A stretch of 64,000 bases of DNA. Source: Phoronis australis. Lineage: Eukaryota; Animalia; Phoronida. Positions 1 through 12,800 of the stretch are shown here, piece by piece. The stretch lies in the NCBI GenBank assembly GCA_002633005.1, contig NMRA01000158.1, positions 308,229 through 372,228 of the forward strand. Direction: 5' to 3'. The notes under the pieces are model-generated. The model searched no databases. It was not told where the DNA came from and saw only the letters and a list, made by a program, of their open reading frames with translations. A program made the translations under genes and the position numbers. Position 1 is the stretch's first letter. Each line of letters begins with the position of its first letter.

Positions 1-1395
1 ATTATTACACTTGCTAACCCAATTGCTTATTAGAAGTGTCCATGACCACAGAGGATCTGCAAACCACACCAGACTCTCAAAAATGAATGAAGTTGATTTG
101 AATTCAGACGCCAGCACAAAGGTTTCAGTGGGATTAACGGTCTTGTCCCTGACTATATTTTGCACCTCCAGTAGTTAATTTTCTGCACTTGTTTGATGAA
201 CACCGTCACAATTTGTTTTATGGTGTGGTGCTGCACCACCCACTAACAGTCCCTCAACACTAAATGAACAGTCTTCGCAGCTTTAAGCTAAGTAGTCAGT
301 CATTTTTATTCTACACAGAGTCAGGTAATTGTGTTCTCTGACTGGCTACTCTCCTCTGTTAGACCAGCAAACTTGTCAGCTCCTAAGGAACATAATGTGA
401 GACCATGTACGGATATTATGATTAAACAAGTAATAAGAACTTATTTTTAGCAGAGCATTCGTGTTCATGGGCACACGATATGCTCTGAAGTGGTTACTGC
501 AAAGCCAATAAAGTGGATTAGACAATGCAAATAGATTCTTCTAATTTTGGTTTATTACAACGTCCAAGTAACTTTTTTATGTAATTGATCTGCAATTAAA
601 TTTACTTCTATGAAAATACATAGATGATGAATAAAATGCTGTTTGGTAACTTTAAAGTGTAGGTTTACCGCTATTCAAACCTGGCATACTCGTTGAAAAC
701 TGAAAATGTGTGTACTTTATATACAAATGTGCTTCTAGCTGCCTTTCCGTGGTACTTATAAACTAAACATTGAAGTTGAGAAAAAAGCTGATTAATTCTT
801 ACAAAACCGTCCCTAACTTTCTTTGTAAGGTAGTTTTTTTGCTTGTCATTTAAACAGCATTAAACCCTGCTTTCTTTAAAAAAGCTTTTGGTTTGGTCCA
901 CTTATCGCCTAAAAAATTTACATCTTGTTTCTGGACACACTTGCAGTAATCTGTGGCTTGGAAAGACGTGATGCTGCAAAATTTATTATTTATTGGCTCT
1001 GTCCGAAGAAGTAACAGTTTCATAACTAAGTGTCCATTATTGGAAGAGTAATTCCCTAATTGTCTTATCGACTCTACTTTTACACAATGCTCTGAATGAT
1101 GTGTAACAGGTAAAATTATTTAAATTTATATTTTGGAACTGAAAAGGCTTGAGGGAAACATTCCATGTGCTTGAGCAGCACGGTTTCCAACTTGTATCTG
1201 GGAGGTAGTAGGATAGAAACATCTCTGTAGTCTTTACTGACATTCATATAACATTCTAGCATGTTCTAACTTCTTAACACTCTGCCTGTAGTCTAGTCAA
1301 CCCACCAGTCTTCTCTAGACACTCTCTTCTTGGGCATGTCTCTGTGTCGCATGGCCATACCAAGTAGTAACCCTGCTGTTGCTTGTCCCTTTCAG

Positions 1396-1674
1396 ATGAC
1401 CGCTGTGAATGCTATAAAGGCAAACGGCACAGCTTCTGCAACTCACTCCCTTTCTCACCTTACCAGTTTACAGAAACGCGCGTCGCGGGACAAAGTAGCA
1501 CGTTTGTATCACCGGCGCGCCACGCTGGCATCTCGACAACTGAAGTCGAGCTCGTCAGATCTGGCGGGTGAAGAAGCTTCTGACACCAATTTGTCAGCGA
1601 AGAGTGGCTTGATTCCTATTGCCGAGGAGCCTAAAATTGAACAGCGCTCGCTGCCACAAGATATCTTCAAATAG
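1396..1674 (+). CDS. ATP2B: Candidate alternative terminal exon 1 of a plasma-membrane Ca2+-ATPase (splice site C, a-like tail); gene body lies upstream of the window
   Basis: Acceptor ttgtccctttcag at 1395, phase 0, open for 92 aa: MTAVNAIKANGT...PQDIFK*. The start resembles the vertebrate PMCA a-variant MDVVNAFQSG (from memory). Identity rests on a short motif. Confidence 0.5.
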   Translation: MTAVNAIKANGTASATHSLSHLTSLQKRASRDKVARLYHRRATLASRQLKSSSSDLAGEEASDTNLSAKSGLIPIAEEPKIEQRSLPQDIFK

Positions 1675-2740
1675 TTCAGTAGACTGTCCATGAACCAGTA
1701 GTCAGGCTGGTCTGTAAAACGTTGTAGTGTTGTGTATGTTGATAGAGGCAGCTAGTAGTTGGTAGCAGGGTTTAGTTTTTGTAGTCTTGCATGGATTGAA
1801 AAACAATTTCTCTTCAGATTTTGGTAACAAGAGTTGCGTGTAGACCATTTCCACAAAGTGGCAGTTAGATGGCAGTGGGCTAGCTAGCATTTTACAGAAT
1901 TCAGAAACGTTCTTTTAATGCACAATCGGTGAAAAACAAAACAGACACAAAATATAACAAGCCTCTTTATAAAATGTCTCGCCGTTGTCATTGCTCAAAT
2001 TGTACAGCATGTGCAGCAAGCATCATGGACAAATAGTCTGGCTACGCCTCTGGAGGACTCGAAAACTGACTCCACTTTCCCAACTGACCAACAGGGGAAG
2101 TGTGCAAAATTGTCATCTTGTTGCATAAACATGCCTAAGGTCTATCGCCCAGCATGAGGTCTTACAAACCTCGGGTGAATTCCGCCTGGACAGTAACAGG
2201 TTGGCACCATAAAATCAACAGAAGTGGGACAAAAATCCACCATTCTTTAAATTTCACAAAGGTCTATTCAGGTGTTGCAGTGATCCAGCCTGCTTATTTG
2301 TCTCATCTTGAATACATTGTAACAACTAGGACTTGTATTAAGAAAGGCAAACCAGACTCGGTGCTGAAGTACCGGGTGGTCCCCACAACTAGTAGGCTCT
2401 CGAGGCTCTTACATAGCGTAGTGACCCTGTACATGTGTGTGTTTGCATGCTGTTGCCAAGGCATTTGAGTGGAGTTGGGAGTTTTGTTGTAACCAGGGAC
2501 TAAATGTGTAGGCAAAAGTTTTAAGCGATTTGTAGTGGACTTAGAAACCGATTTAATAGTTAGGCGGTGGCAATTTATGTGAAATGAAGGTAATATTATT
2601 TGTGGATAAGTTGGCTGAAGTCTAATGATATGGTGTTGCCATCGTGGAAAACAAGTCTTTGTGGCCATGATCGACCATTAAGAATTGAAATCGGTGCATA
2701 GTAACTATTATAGTGAACTTCACCCATTAACATTTCTCGT

Positions 2741-2954
2741 TTCCCCTCACCCTATCCACACTCCTCCAAATGGGGTTCCCATCACCCTATCCACACTCCT
2801 CCAAAGTGGGGTTCCCCTCACCCTATCCACACTCCTCCAAATGGGGTTCCCCTCACCCTATCCACACTCCTCCAAAGTGGGGTTCCCCTCACCCTATCCA
2901 CACTCCTTCAAAGTGGGGTTTCCCTCACCCTATCCACACTCCTCCAAAGTGGGG
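2741..2954. repeat. Minisatellite, 35-36 bp unit, about 6 copies
   Basis: Unit ttcccctcaccctatccacactcctccaaa(g)tgggg repeated in tandem; explains the repetitive ORFs at 2685 and 2770. Confidence 0.95.
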
Positions 2955-5001
2955 TGTTAGGGAGGCAAAATATTTGCTTTGATACAGATAGAAGTTGCAT
3001 GAATAGTGCACTTTTCACGTGCTGCTTTCACCATTTTTGCACGAGTCCAATCAAGGGAGATAAATTGTATAACTCATTAGGTACAACAATAGAATGCTCA
3101 TCAGCTTAAAGAACCATTACGTGTCTCCTTCACTTAATGGCAGGTGAGTGCAGGTATTATTCTGCCTGAGCAAGGCAAGGTTCTACTGAAATTGACTAAT
3201 AGTATTTACAGGGAAGCGAGTTGCATACTTTTCGGACCTAAAATTCTGGTGAAACAAGCATTCATTGACAAGGTCTCAATATTGTAAATGTGGAGGAGGG
3301 CGGTAAACCATGCATAGGCACTTTGGAATAAAATTTGAAAACTGGGAACGAGGTAACCACCCTCGAGATGTATGATACTGTCAACAGCAACTTTACTATT
3401 GTACATGGAATAGCCTGTAATTCACCTCTGGTAGCGTGTACGCTTACAAAATTTAAAGAATCTGTATTTGCCAGACTTTGGCATAGTGGTAGCCTAGTAC
3501 TTGGCACAATCCATTCCAGAGAGTATGGCCCTTATTACTGTTTACATCCACCAATGTTTTATTTGATTCTTGCGCATAAAGTAGTTTCATGGGTGTTAAC
3601 CTAATCAAGCATTCAGGGAAGTGCCCATTTTTGACATTCATTTTAAGCACCCTTGATTGGCTCAATGCTGACCCCAATTTTTAAGCTCCCTAATTTATGC
3701 ACCGTGGGTGGCAAACCTTCATAAGTCTGATTGTCGTATTAGACAAGAAGGCCGCCAAATTAAGTCTGAAAAACACAACCAATGTAATGGGCGCGCATTT
3801 TTGTTGCCAGTAGGGATAGATTCTACTTCTGTCATGGATACCAAAATTGCTGAAAAAATATTCTTTTCAATATTTCAAGCATAATATATAGCCTCCCGTG
3901 TGAGGGGAAACGAGGTTCATTTCAATTTTGGCCTAAGGCTTGTTGGAAGCCAGTATGTCGCTGTATTTGATTGTTGTACTAATTGTTAATTGTGAAATGT
4001 GCTGTGGTCTACAATATCGCACTGATGCACAGTTACCCAAAACAGGGATGGTGTGACTACATTGAGAAATGTGTGCAAAGACAGAGATGAATGTTTTTCT
4101 AGTGATGAATCTCTCAATGTAACGTTGTGACCATCTTCAGTCTGTTTTTTATATACTAGGTCATATATATTTACAAAATGGGAGGACATTGAAAACCTTA
4201 AGGTCCATTTCATTAGCTGTCCAATCTTTTATACCTGTGGTTGATGTTGAGGGTAGCTTCATAGTTGATGTTACTGCTTAAATTTTGTCTTGTCAGTCAG
4301 TACGAGCTTATAGGTGTTTGTGGCCAAACTAAAATTGTAAGAATGTTGTCATGCAAGGGCTTTATGAAGGGCCTCAGTAACTATGTAAATAAAGTTTTTA
4401 TTTAATAAAGAGCTTACCTGTACTATTATTGGGAAGTACCCATTTCCCTACATGTGTGAATCCCGTGGACACCGCCATCTTTAAAATATCAGGTTTTATT
4501 GTACTGCGTGGACTTCACTGACTGCTTCTAAGACTGGATTCGTTATTGTACACTTGAACTCTTGCGGTTTGAAGTTGGCATTTTACTTGACTTAATTATC
4601 GCTGTGTGGCTTAAAAAAATATAAATAGATTAATCAATATGGGAACAAAATCTGGTACAATTTTATCATAGCTTTGTTTCTCAGAAGACTTGACTGTACA
4701 AAACTGTAGAAAACCTAGAGCTCCATGCACACGTAGTTAGTTTGTGTGAAGGTTGACGTTGCATGAAACCATTGACTGCATGCAATCAGGAAGAACGTGC
4801 CTATGCTGGAAACTGGTAGGCAGGTAGGTAATGACCAATTCGTTTTGCAGACGTGAATATGGAGTGGTTTTTAGTTGTGTTTCTGTAATTTTAGAAGAAA
4901 CACTAGGTGGAATATTGCATTAACTGGAAATGTCACCATTAACATTCTGTAGAGACTTGATAATTCTGCACAACAGTGGTAAGTTGTCGACTGTGTTACA
5001 G

Positions 5002-5190
5002 ATCCGCACTGTGGACGTGTTCACATCGGTGATAGACCAGAAGTCCAAGCGACCGTCGTTTGCTGGCAGGATGGCTCTTGGCATGTACTCGCGCAACAAC
5101 TCCATGTCTCCAGCAGAACCGTCCCCCAGTCACCATGCAGTTCCTCATGCTGATCTGTCTTATATTGATGAAGAGCCGGAGAACAGTTAA
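5002..5190 (+). CDS. ATP2B: Candidate alternative terminal exon 2 of PMCA (b-like tail, second half of the calmodulin-binding domain)
   Basis: Acceptor ctgtgttacag at 5001, phase 0: IRTVDVFTSVIDQKSKRPSF...HADLSYIDEEPENS*. Resembles PMCA IRVVNAFRSS and the D(I/L)xYIDE motif recalled from invertebrate PMCA tails. Confidence 0.6.
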   Translation: MRTVDVFTSVIDQKSKRPSFAGRMALGMYSRNNSMSPAEPSPSHHAVPHADLSYIDEEPENS

Positions 5191-6826
5191 AACTCTGCCA
5201 CATTAAGAGCATTGTGTATGAAGCGAACTTGTAGCTGGTTGCAGTGTTAGATAAAACTTAAATCTATTTGGTATGGAAACATACATGTAGGTAGGGGATG
5301 GGTAAGGTTATCCCTAGTTCATAGACAAATAATCAAGCTCTCTGCACTTCGCTTAAGTTAAGAGCATCTTGAAATTTATCGATCATTACTGAAAAACAAA
5401 TAACAAATATGTTTTACATCAACAAAACGTTCAAGTTTTTCTAAACAAACCTGTTGACTTAAAATGACTATAACTCCATTCTGGAACATACTACTAAATT
5501 TTGATATGTACTACATAATGTTATTATAATTGTTTCTTAGTCAGCTAACAGGTGATTCGTTGGCTCTGAGAGGACGATTGTTGGTCCAGTTCATGCCCTG
5601 TAAGTGGCTCATCGCAGCCATTTTATGCACGGAACATGGTGTCTAGCAGCGATGAACTGTCACTTTTCTTTAACCCCAGAAACAATGTCTCGCCAGAGTT
5701 GGGAACAATTTGAGGCCAGTTTTATGACTGCAAGTGATCCAAATCAAAAGTTGGTTACTTTGATTGAATGCAAGGCTGTAGCTGTTTTAAGTCGTATTAC
5801 GGTGAAAATTCTCCAGTTTGGGACACAGTTTGGCGGACGGGTGAAATTTCATTTTGTCAAATTTCTCAACATAAAAAACAGTTCAGAGAAGTTTACTCTG
5901 CTTTTGATATGGTTTGAATGGCATATCAATTACCAAACTATATTTGGTAACATTTGACTATTTGCAACAACGTGGTAAGCCACTGAAAATAGAAATATGA
6001 CAATTTTAGCAATTATTTTTTCCCAAAAGAAGAATTGGTAAAAATGAAATTTTTAACAGAAGGTTTTTATCATGAAACAACATTTTTGCCTTGCTTGGAC
6101 ATGAAACTGGCATTTTTCATCACGAGACCCGTTAATTTTACCTGTGCGAGCCATGACACACCTGCCCCTTCCCTGACTTCAAAAAGTGTTAATATTGTTT
6201 AAACATAGTGTGATTTGCGATCTACCTCAAGTAATTCATATCTGCTTTTTACTTTTCTTGCACTTTTTCGACATAACTAACATTAATTTTAATTTATTCT
6301 TTTGATTTTAGGCCCAAGAACATTTTCCTAACAATAAAGGGTCATGTCTGCGATCGTGAAACAAATGAGAAAACAGTATAACTGGCATGCATCAGATGTC
6401 ACTTAATTCTGCAACAACTTAGTTCTTAATTTATGCACGTGGCCCATCAGATTGGTCAGATTTCCTTTACTCTGACAAAATCTGTGTAGTTGGGTACGAG
6501 TTGTTTTATTGTAGTTTGAAATTTAAAAAATGATGTTCTGAATAGTGATTGGCTAGAATGGAGTGCATTAAGGTTGGACTAGATTTTAAGAAATCGTGGA
6601 AAATCCTTTACAAGGAAACCGGTTTCTCTTTTTAATAGTTAATGTTCCACCCGATCAGTTTCAGTGTTCAGATCATTAAGAATTTCGCAATGCTTTTCTT
6701 TCTCCCCTATCATTTGTATTTCCGTGAACGCTGTTTAGCTTATATTTCAAAAACCATAGTGTTTCAACTGTTGTGCTATTCATATCAAGTTATGTGGTGA
6801 GAGTTAGAAGACTCTGATCACAATTA

Positions 6827-7382
6827 GGGCTGTTCCAGCAAAATCTGTGTGGGAGGGGGGGAAGGCAACTGAAATAAAAATTTATGGGTGGTTGCGTTTG
6901 ACTTAAATTCAAAATGGCTGGTGGTCGTACTTCAAAAAAATTTAAATTTACAGGTCGTTGTTGTTTCATTGGGCCATAAATGTTTGATGGTGGGTAATTT
7001 TTATAAACAATCTGCACAGAATCAAAAACTGAAACAAAAATGCAACTTGCAAAGAGCTCCGACTTTTTCACTCCCTCCGATCTCCTCATCGGCATGCCCA
7101 TAACACCATTTAACCACAGGTGCTCGAATTTCTCGATGGCTAATAACCATACATAAGAAACATGTGTTTTCTTAGTAATGAATGACGTTAGTGGTGATGG
7201 AGGAACAGATAAACTCAAGCGCCTGTGCAGTCAACCACAAGAACAAAAAAAATTACGGGTGGTTGCATTTCAAACTTATAAAAAATTACGGGTGGTAGGC
7301 TGAAGAAATGAAAAATATGGGTGGTGGGTGCGAAAAAAGGTGCCTTCCCCCCCCTCCCATACGGATTTTACTGGAACAGCCC
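6827..7382. mobile_element. PIF/Harbinger-like MITE (556 bp)
   Basis: TIRs GGGCTGTTCCAG(C/T)AAAATC...GGGAGGGGGGGAAGGCA at both ends; TTA target-site duplication at 6824-6826 and 7383-7385; no coding capacity. Confidence 0.85.
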
Positions 7383-9713
7383 TTAAGTAGTTACGGTAAA
7401 GTTACTTCAAATTAGAACACAAGATGGCGGAACATTAAAATTTTATTTTATCAAAATTATCTGCAAGAGTAAACAAGAAGACAATTTTATTCAATTATTT
7501 TTTAAATACTTCACATAGTACGGCTCTCATCACCAATCATAAGACAAAATTTTGAGCATTTTTGGCAATAAAGCGAGCGTTTCAAAATCAAAAAATAACA
7601 ATTTTGACCGTTATTTTTGATCGAATTTAAGGAAACTTTACTGCAGTATGTGATGTACTCGGTGTTGTAGCTTCTTTGTTAACTGGGTTTGTAAATATTT
7701 GAACAACTTTTGATAACTGTAGCTAGCAACGACATGGTCATTTATATGATTTTGCCAGTTGTATGATAGTATGTAAATACCTGGTTTCCCTTTAAAGTTA
7801 AGTATTGTAATGTTGGTGAAATGAAAATTTAATTGCAGGAAGGATAATTTCAGCCAGTTTGAGCTCAATTTTGTAGTTTTTTAAAGTCCTCTTCTCTACA
7901 ACTGCTGGGTATGGCTTAAGTGTGTTAGTTCGTCATTTGTGCAAAATTTGTAGCTTAGAAAAAAGTAGTATTGATTTTGTCTTATGTGTATTAAAGTTGC
8001 CTGGCACATTTTCAAGATCTTGTATAATTTATTGTTGTGCGTGTTTAATTAATTTGTACTAACATAATGTTAAGGGTGAAAAGAATAAAAACTAAGGTGA
8101 AAATCATGAACAGTTTTATAAATTACGTCAAGTCATGTACTGATGGGGGCATCTTTTAAGTCTGATATTAGAAAGATTTTTGAGCTGAAACAAATTGTTG
8201 TGGTATCAGAAGGTTGGTAAGCTTGCTCATTATCAAAAATGCACTAAAATCCAAAAAGCAGTAACATAACTGAGCTGTAACAAGTTTGCATATTTCACTT
8301 CAGTCAAGGATAGTGATTGTGCAAACTGCATAAGAAATTAAAACATAAAAAGATAAAGGAAATAATTTTGTTGGCACAGACCCTACATGATTATTTCTTA
8401 GTAGGAACAAACCCACATAAATGGTCACATTCACAATAAATCCACGTAGTACAAAAGTTTTCTACTGTTTGAATAGTATGCATTGATACTAAATATTACA
8501 TCCCTGCACATGCATTGATTCTGCAGAACTCCCCCACTTAATAACAAATGTCACAGAAAGAAACAAGAGCAATGCAAGGCATTGAAATGCACACAAGACT
8601 ACACTGTTAATGGCATGCCTTATAAGGGTGACTATTATTACCATAAAAATGGCCATTGGATGACGCACAGTACGTCAAATCCATCCTGAAATGAGAAGGG
8701 GTCACCATCTCCCTTGGCCAATAGAAATCTAACTTTAATGTAATTGTCAAGCTCTGAAGATACAGAGGCAAATTTGACATTTGGAAGTCACAGTTGGGTG
8801 CGGATGGATACATCCATCAAAATACACTTCAAAATTTCATGAAGATCCTGCACGGTGTTAAGGAAGAAGAACCACAGGTGCAAAAAATGCCACCAGAGTA
8901 CACCACAGTAGTCGAACTGTCCGCAAACCAACGCCTGTTGTGCACTTGTCCTTCGAGCGGTTTGGAAGATAGAGAGATGTAAAATAAACCGATTTGAGAA
9001 TACTAAAAAGGCAATGTTTAAACCGTCTCAAAATAGAAAGGTGTCCTTGCATCCGTAACAGAAAGGTATATGTCAAACTGTCGAGGAACTATATAGGTAC
9101 TGAGGCACATAAAAAAGGAAAAATGTTACTAAGAGGCCAAAGCGGAAGTTGGATCCTATCATGTTCACAGGAAAGTACCAAATTTCACAAAAATCCTGCA
9201 AAGAGGTGACGGTAATCCAGCTGTGGACGCAAAACAAACTAGATTACCACCAACTGGTGCCGCATTAGTTGAACCCCTTGTTAGCCATGGCCTCATCACA
9301 AGTACATCTGTTAATTATAAAAGTAATCCCTTAAGCAGTTTGGTAGACAGAGAGGCAAATGCCAAAACTGGACATGAAAACAAAAAATGGCCACGAGATT
9401 GTGCAGCATACAATGAATTCGTCCGAAAATGAAAAGACCGTGTAGGCTCGGCAATAGACACCTATATGGCAAATTTCACAAAGATCCATCAACAAACTCG
9501 TTATAGACGTCAACGTACTACAAAAATAAAATTGGCATTACAGGGCACAGCGGTAGTCGCATTGATCCGAAACTCGTCATCCATCGTCGAATCTCACTGA
9601 AATCTTGCAAAGAGTTTAGGAGGTACAGCAGCGGACGCCCAGACTGAGATGACGGCAATCTGCACTCGCATAAATATACGAGTGTCCATAAAAATCACTT
9701 TAATTACAAAACT

Positions 9714-9829
9714 TCAATTCAGTAAGTTTATAAATACTTCGATGGCCTTTTCTATTCCAAGTGAAGTCAGCATTTCTTTGAACTTGTGTGGAGCTCCTTT
9801 GATAACCCCACTGGTGTCATTACTGATGA
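9714..9829 (-). CDS. CENPP: CENP-P exon 9 (terminal)
   Basis: VISNDTSGVIKGAPHKFKEMLTSLGIEKAIEVFINLLN*; acceptor TTTTGCAG. Confidence 0.9.
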
Positions 9830-12800
9830 CTGCAAAAGATTGGAAATGTTTCAGTACAAGTTAACAGGTACACATTACATGCATGAATACACAAGCACAA
9901 AAGCTAAACCAGCAACAAGGAAGTGTTGATATGCACCCACAATGCAACACAAATGGCATGCTTCTAGGGGTGCTTATCAGCTCCGTGTAACGTACAAGGA
10001 GACAACAGTAGGGTTGCACGGGGAGCTGCAATAGTCAATTCAGAACAAGCCTCTCAATATTCAAAAGTAACATAAAATCAGAAAGCTTAAAAAGATAAGT
10101 TTTGAACATTTGCAACAAAAAAATAAAACATGCCACAAATGGAAATGACACAAATCAAAAGTTAGCATATAGTAAAGAACAACCATGAGGTTTGGCAGAT
10201 ACAAAGACAGACATGTAACGAGTCATTATATCCAAAATGAAACGGCCACTAAGGCGTGTCGCAGTAATCAAATCCACCGAAAAATCGACTGGGACCAGAG
10301 CACTGCTGTGATAAATCTCATTTTCAAAGATTCAGAGTTTTTGAGATAATGAGCGCACACTCAGACAAATGGACAGAAAGATGATAATTAGCAGATTGCA
10401 TACGCACACCAGCGCACGAGTGTGCGTATGCAGGCGTGCCTCATCTTGGGTAAACCGAATGCTTCCTGAATTTGGATTATGAAGGTGGACATTCGATGTG
10501 AACTACAGTCCCATTTCCATTGCTAACAAAGTTTCTCTCTTGTAAAAACTGTGGTGTTGCCTTGGTAACGATGTGACTTAACCATGCCACCGCTCTTCAG
10601 AATCGCGGTCCGATTGGATACCCACTGAAACAGACATTGGTTTGAGAATCTAGTAACAAGATCAGTGCTAAAATGGAATATAATTATACTATCCACCAGT
10701 CCTCTCCCAGCACAGCTAACAGGAAGCCAGACATAGCCAGAGTACAAGTGTCCGTAAAGGTCAAGTACAGAGGCATGCAATGAGGAGATCATAAACTTAC
10801 CATTATTTGGTGCTTTGACTGTGATAGAGATGTCTGGTGTTATCTTGCCTTCTTCCGTTCTTATCGACCATGTCACAGTGCACACCAAACTGAAACATTA
10901 AGAATTATGTGCTGTAGAGTTGCTGGGATAACATTGAGAAATTCAGGATAAATAATTGGTGTAGCATGAACCAGTATTGTTCAGATATCGCAGACATACT
11001 TGCTTGCTCCAAACAACAAGGGGAACCTATGGGTGGCTACTGGACTAATGACAGTGCTGGAATACTCACGCAGATTTGTATGTTGACATGATCACCATGT
11101 AGTCACCTTGGTACCCATGGGGTAATGTCACAGCGTGAGAATACTTGTCTTTGAAATGACTGAAGGCCCTCTGTCGAGCCACCGTCCATTTTGTAAACGT
11201 TTCAAATGATTGGAAAAACCTGGGCAGATCGCAGGTCTTTTCAAGCCTGGAAAAAATGAGGTGGCCATTACAGCTAAACAAGAAGACCATGTGAACGCAG
11301 TATTCTTGCTCGTATAAGACTCTCCCTGAGTATAATGATGTGTTTACATGTGGTATAAGACTGTCCCTGAATATAATGCTACGTTCACATGTACAGTTTC
11401 CACGAGCAGACACATAGGATGTCTGGTCACAAAAGTATCTACAAAAATATAGATTTTAAGGATATATAGGACCCTAGAAAAATGGCTAAATTTGGCTAAC
11501 TTCGCAGCACCATATCTTAGAAACGGCTGATTGGATTCAAATGAAAGTTTCAGAAAATATGCTTTAGGCGATGTTCTCTAAAAGGAAGTTTCATTTGAAA
11601 ACTACACATGATTTCAGAAACGCCACAATTCACGAGTTCTTGTTGGAATTTAAAGAAGTTCGTTCTTACTCAAGTCAAGACGACTTGACTTCAACATGAT
11701 CACACGTTTTATACCCAAGTTTAAAGAGCATCTACTTTCAATAATCAACTCACACTTCCAATAAATCACCCATTTCGTTAACAATGTTCTCCTCGACAGC
11801 AATCTTTAAGTTCACAATTTTCATGCTCCATTTTCCGTCACCAAGCTGAAAACCAACACGAACTTGAAAATAAGTGAGCGAGTGGTCAGTAACCACAGTT
11901 TACATAGACATCTGAAGCTGCTCCATAATTGTACACCTGATGATCGAAAACCAAACAAAGAATACGAACGAGTGTCTGTGAAACTGTCCCACATAAAAAG
12001 TCATGTTTTTTAACAAATTTTTGTTAACGAAGGGCTGCTACAGAACTATACTGATCATCACCACGTACAGGATACAAAGATTCACCACTCAACATAACTA
12101 TACTGATCATCACCACAAACAGGATACATAGATTTACCACACTCAACATAACTATACTGATCATCACCACGTACAGGATACAAAGATTCACCACTCAACA
12201 TAACTATACTGATCATCACCACAAACAGGATACATAGATTTACCACTCAACATAATTATATTGATCATCACCACGTACAGGATACATTGATTCACCACTC
12301 AACAATTCTTACCAAGGTCTCAACAACTGTAAACTGCACCCGGAAGTCAAAGCTGTGAGCATTGCCCCAAATCGTGTACACTTTCTCTTCGGCATGTTTT
12401 TCTAAAATGAACCAGCGTCAAACAAGGAATTGTAAACAGTTGTGGCAACAACAAAGAGGAAACGTTAACACATTTCTGGCTTATGTTGGAGACATTTTTT
12501 CGTGTCAATCACAGTTCCCTTGCGGCTCATTAAAATGACAATCCACAGCACAACAGAGAGTGGAGTCCATTCAAAAGGTCTACAACTTGTTTATGCATTC
12601 ATATGACAAACAATGGCCACTAGTGAGTGGTTCATTATAGAAACATAAGCAAGCCATATGCTGAACTGTTAAAGCTACTTCCTACACACCGTATTCACGC
12701 AGTCGCCATTAAAAAGTTAGCCTTGTTTTAGGTTTTAAAACTGCATTTTGCGCTTAAATACAGAGCAAAGCATGATTTTTTCACATGCCTTGTTATATTC

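Noticed and set aside
10397-10432. 13 bp-stem hairpin tgcatacgcacac/gtgtgcgtatgca in the last CENPP intron
   Set aside because: Too short for a pre-miRNA; probably the remnant of a repeat terminus.
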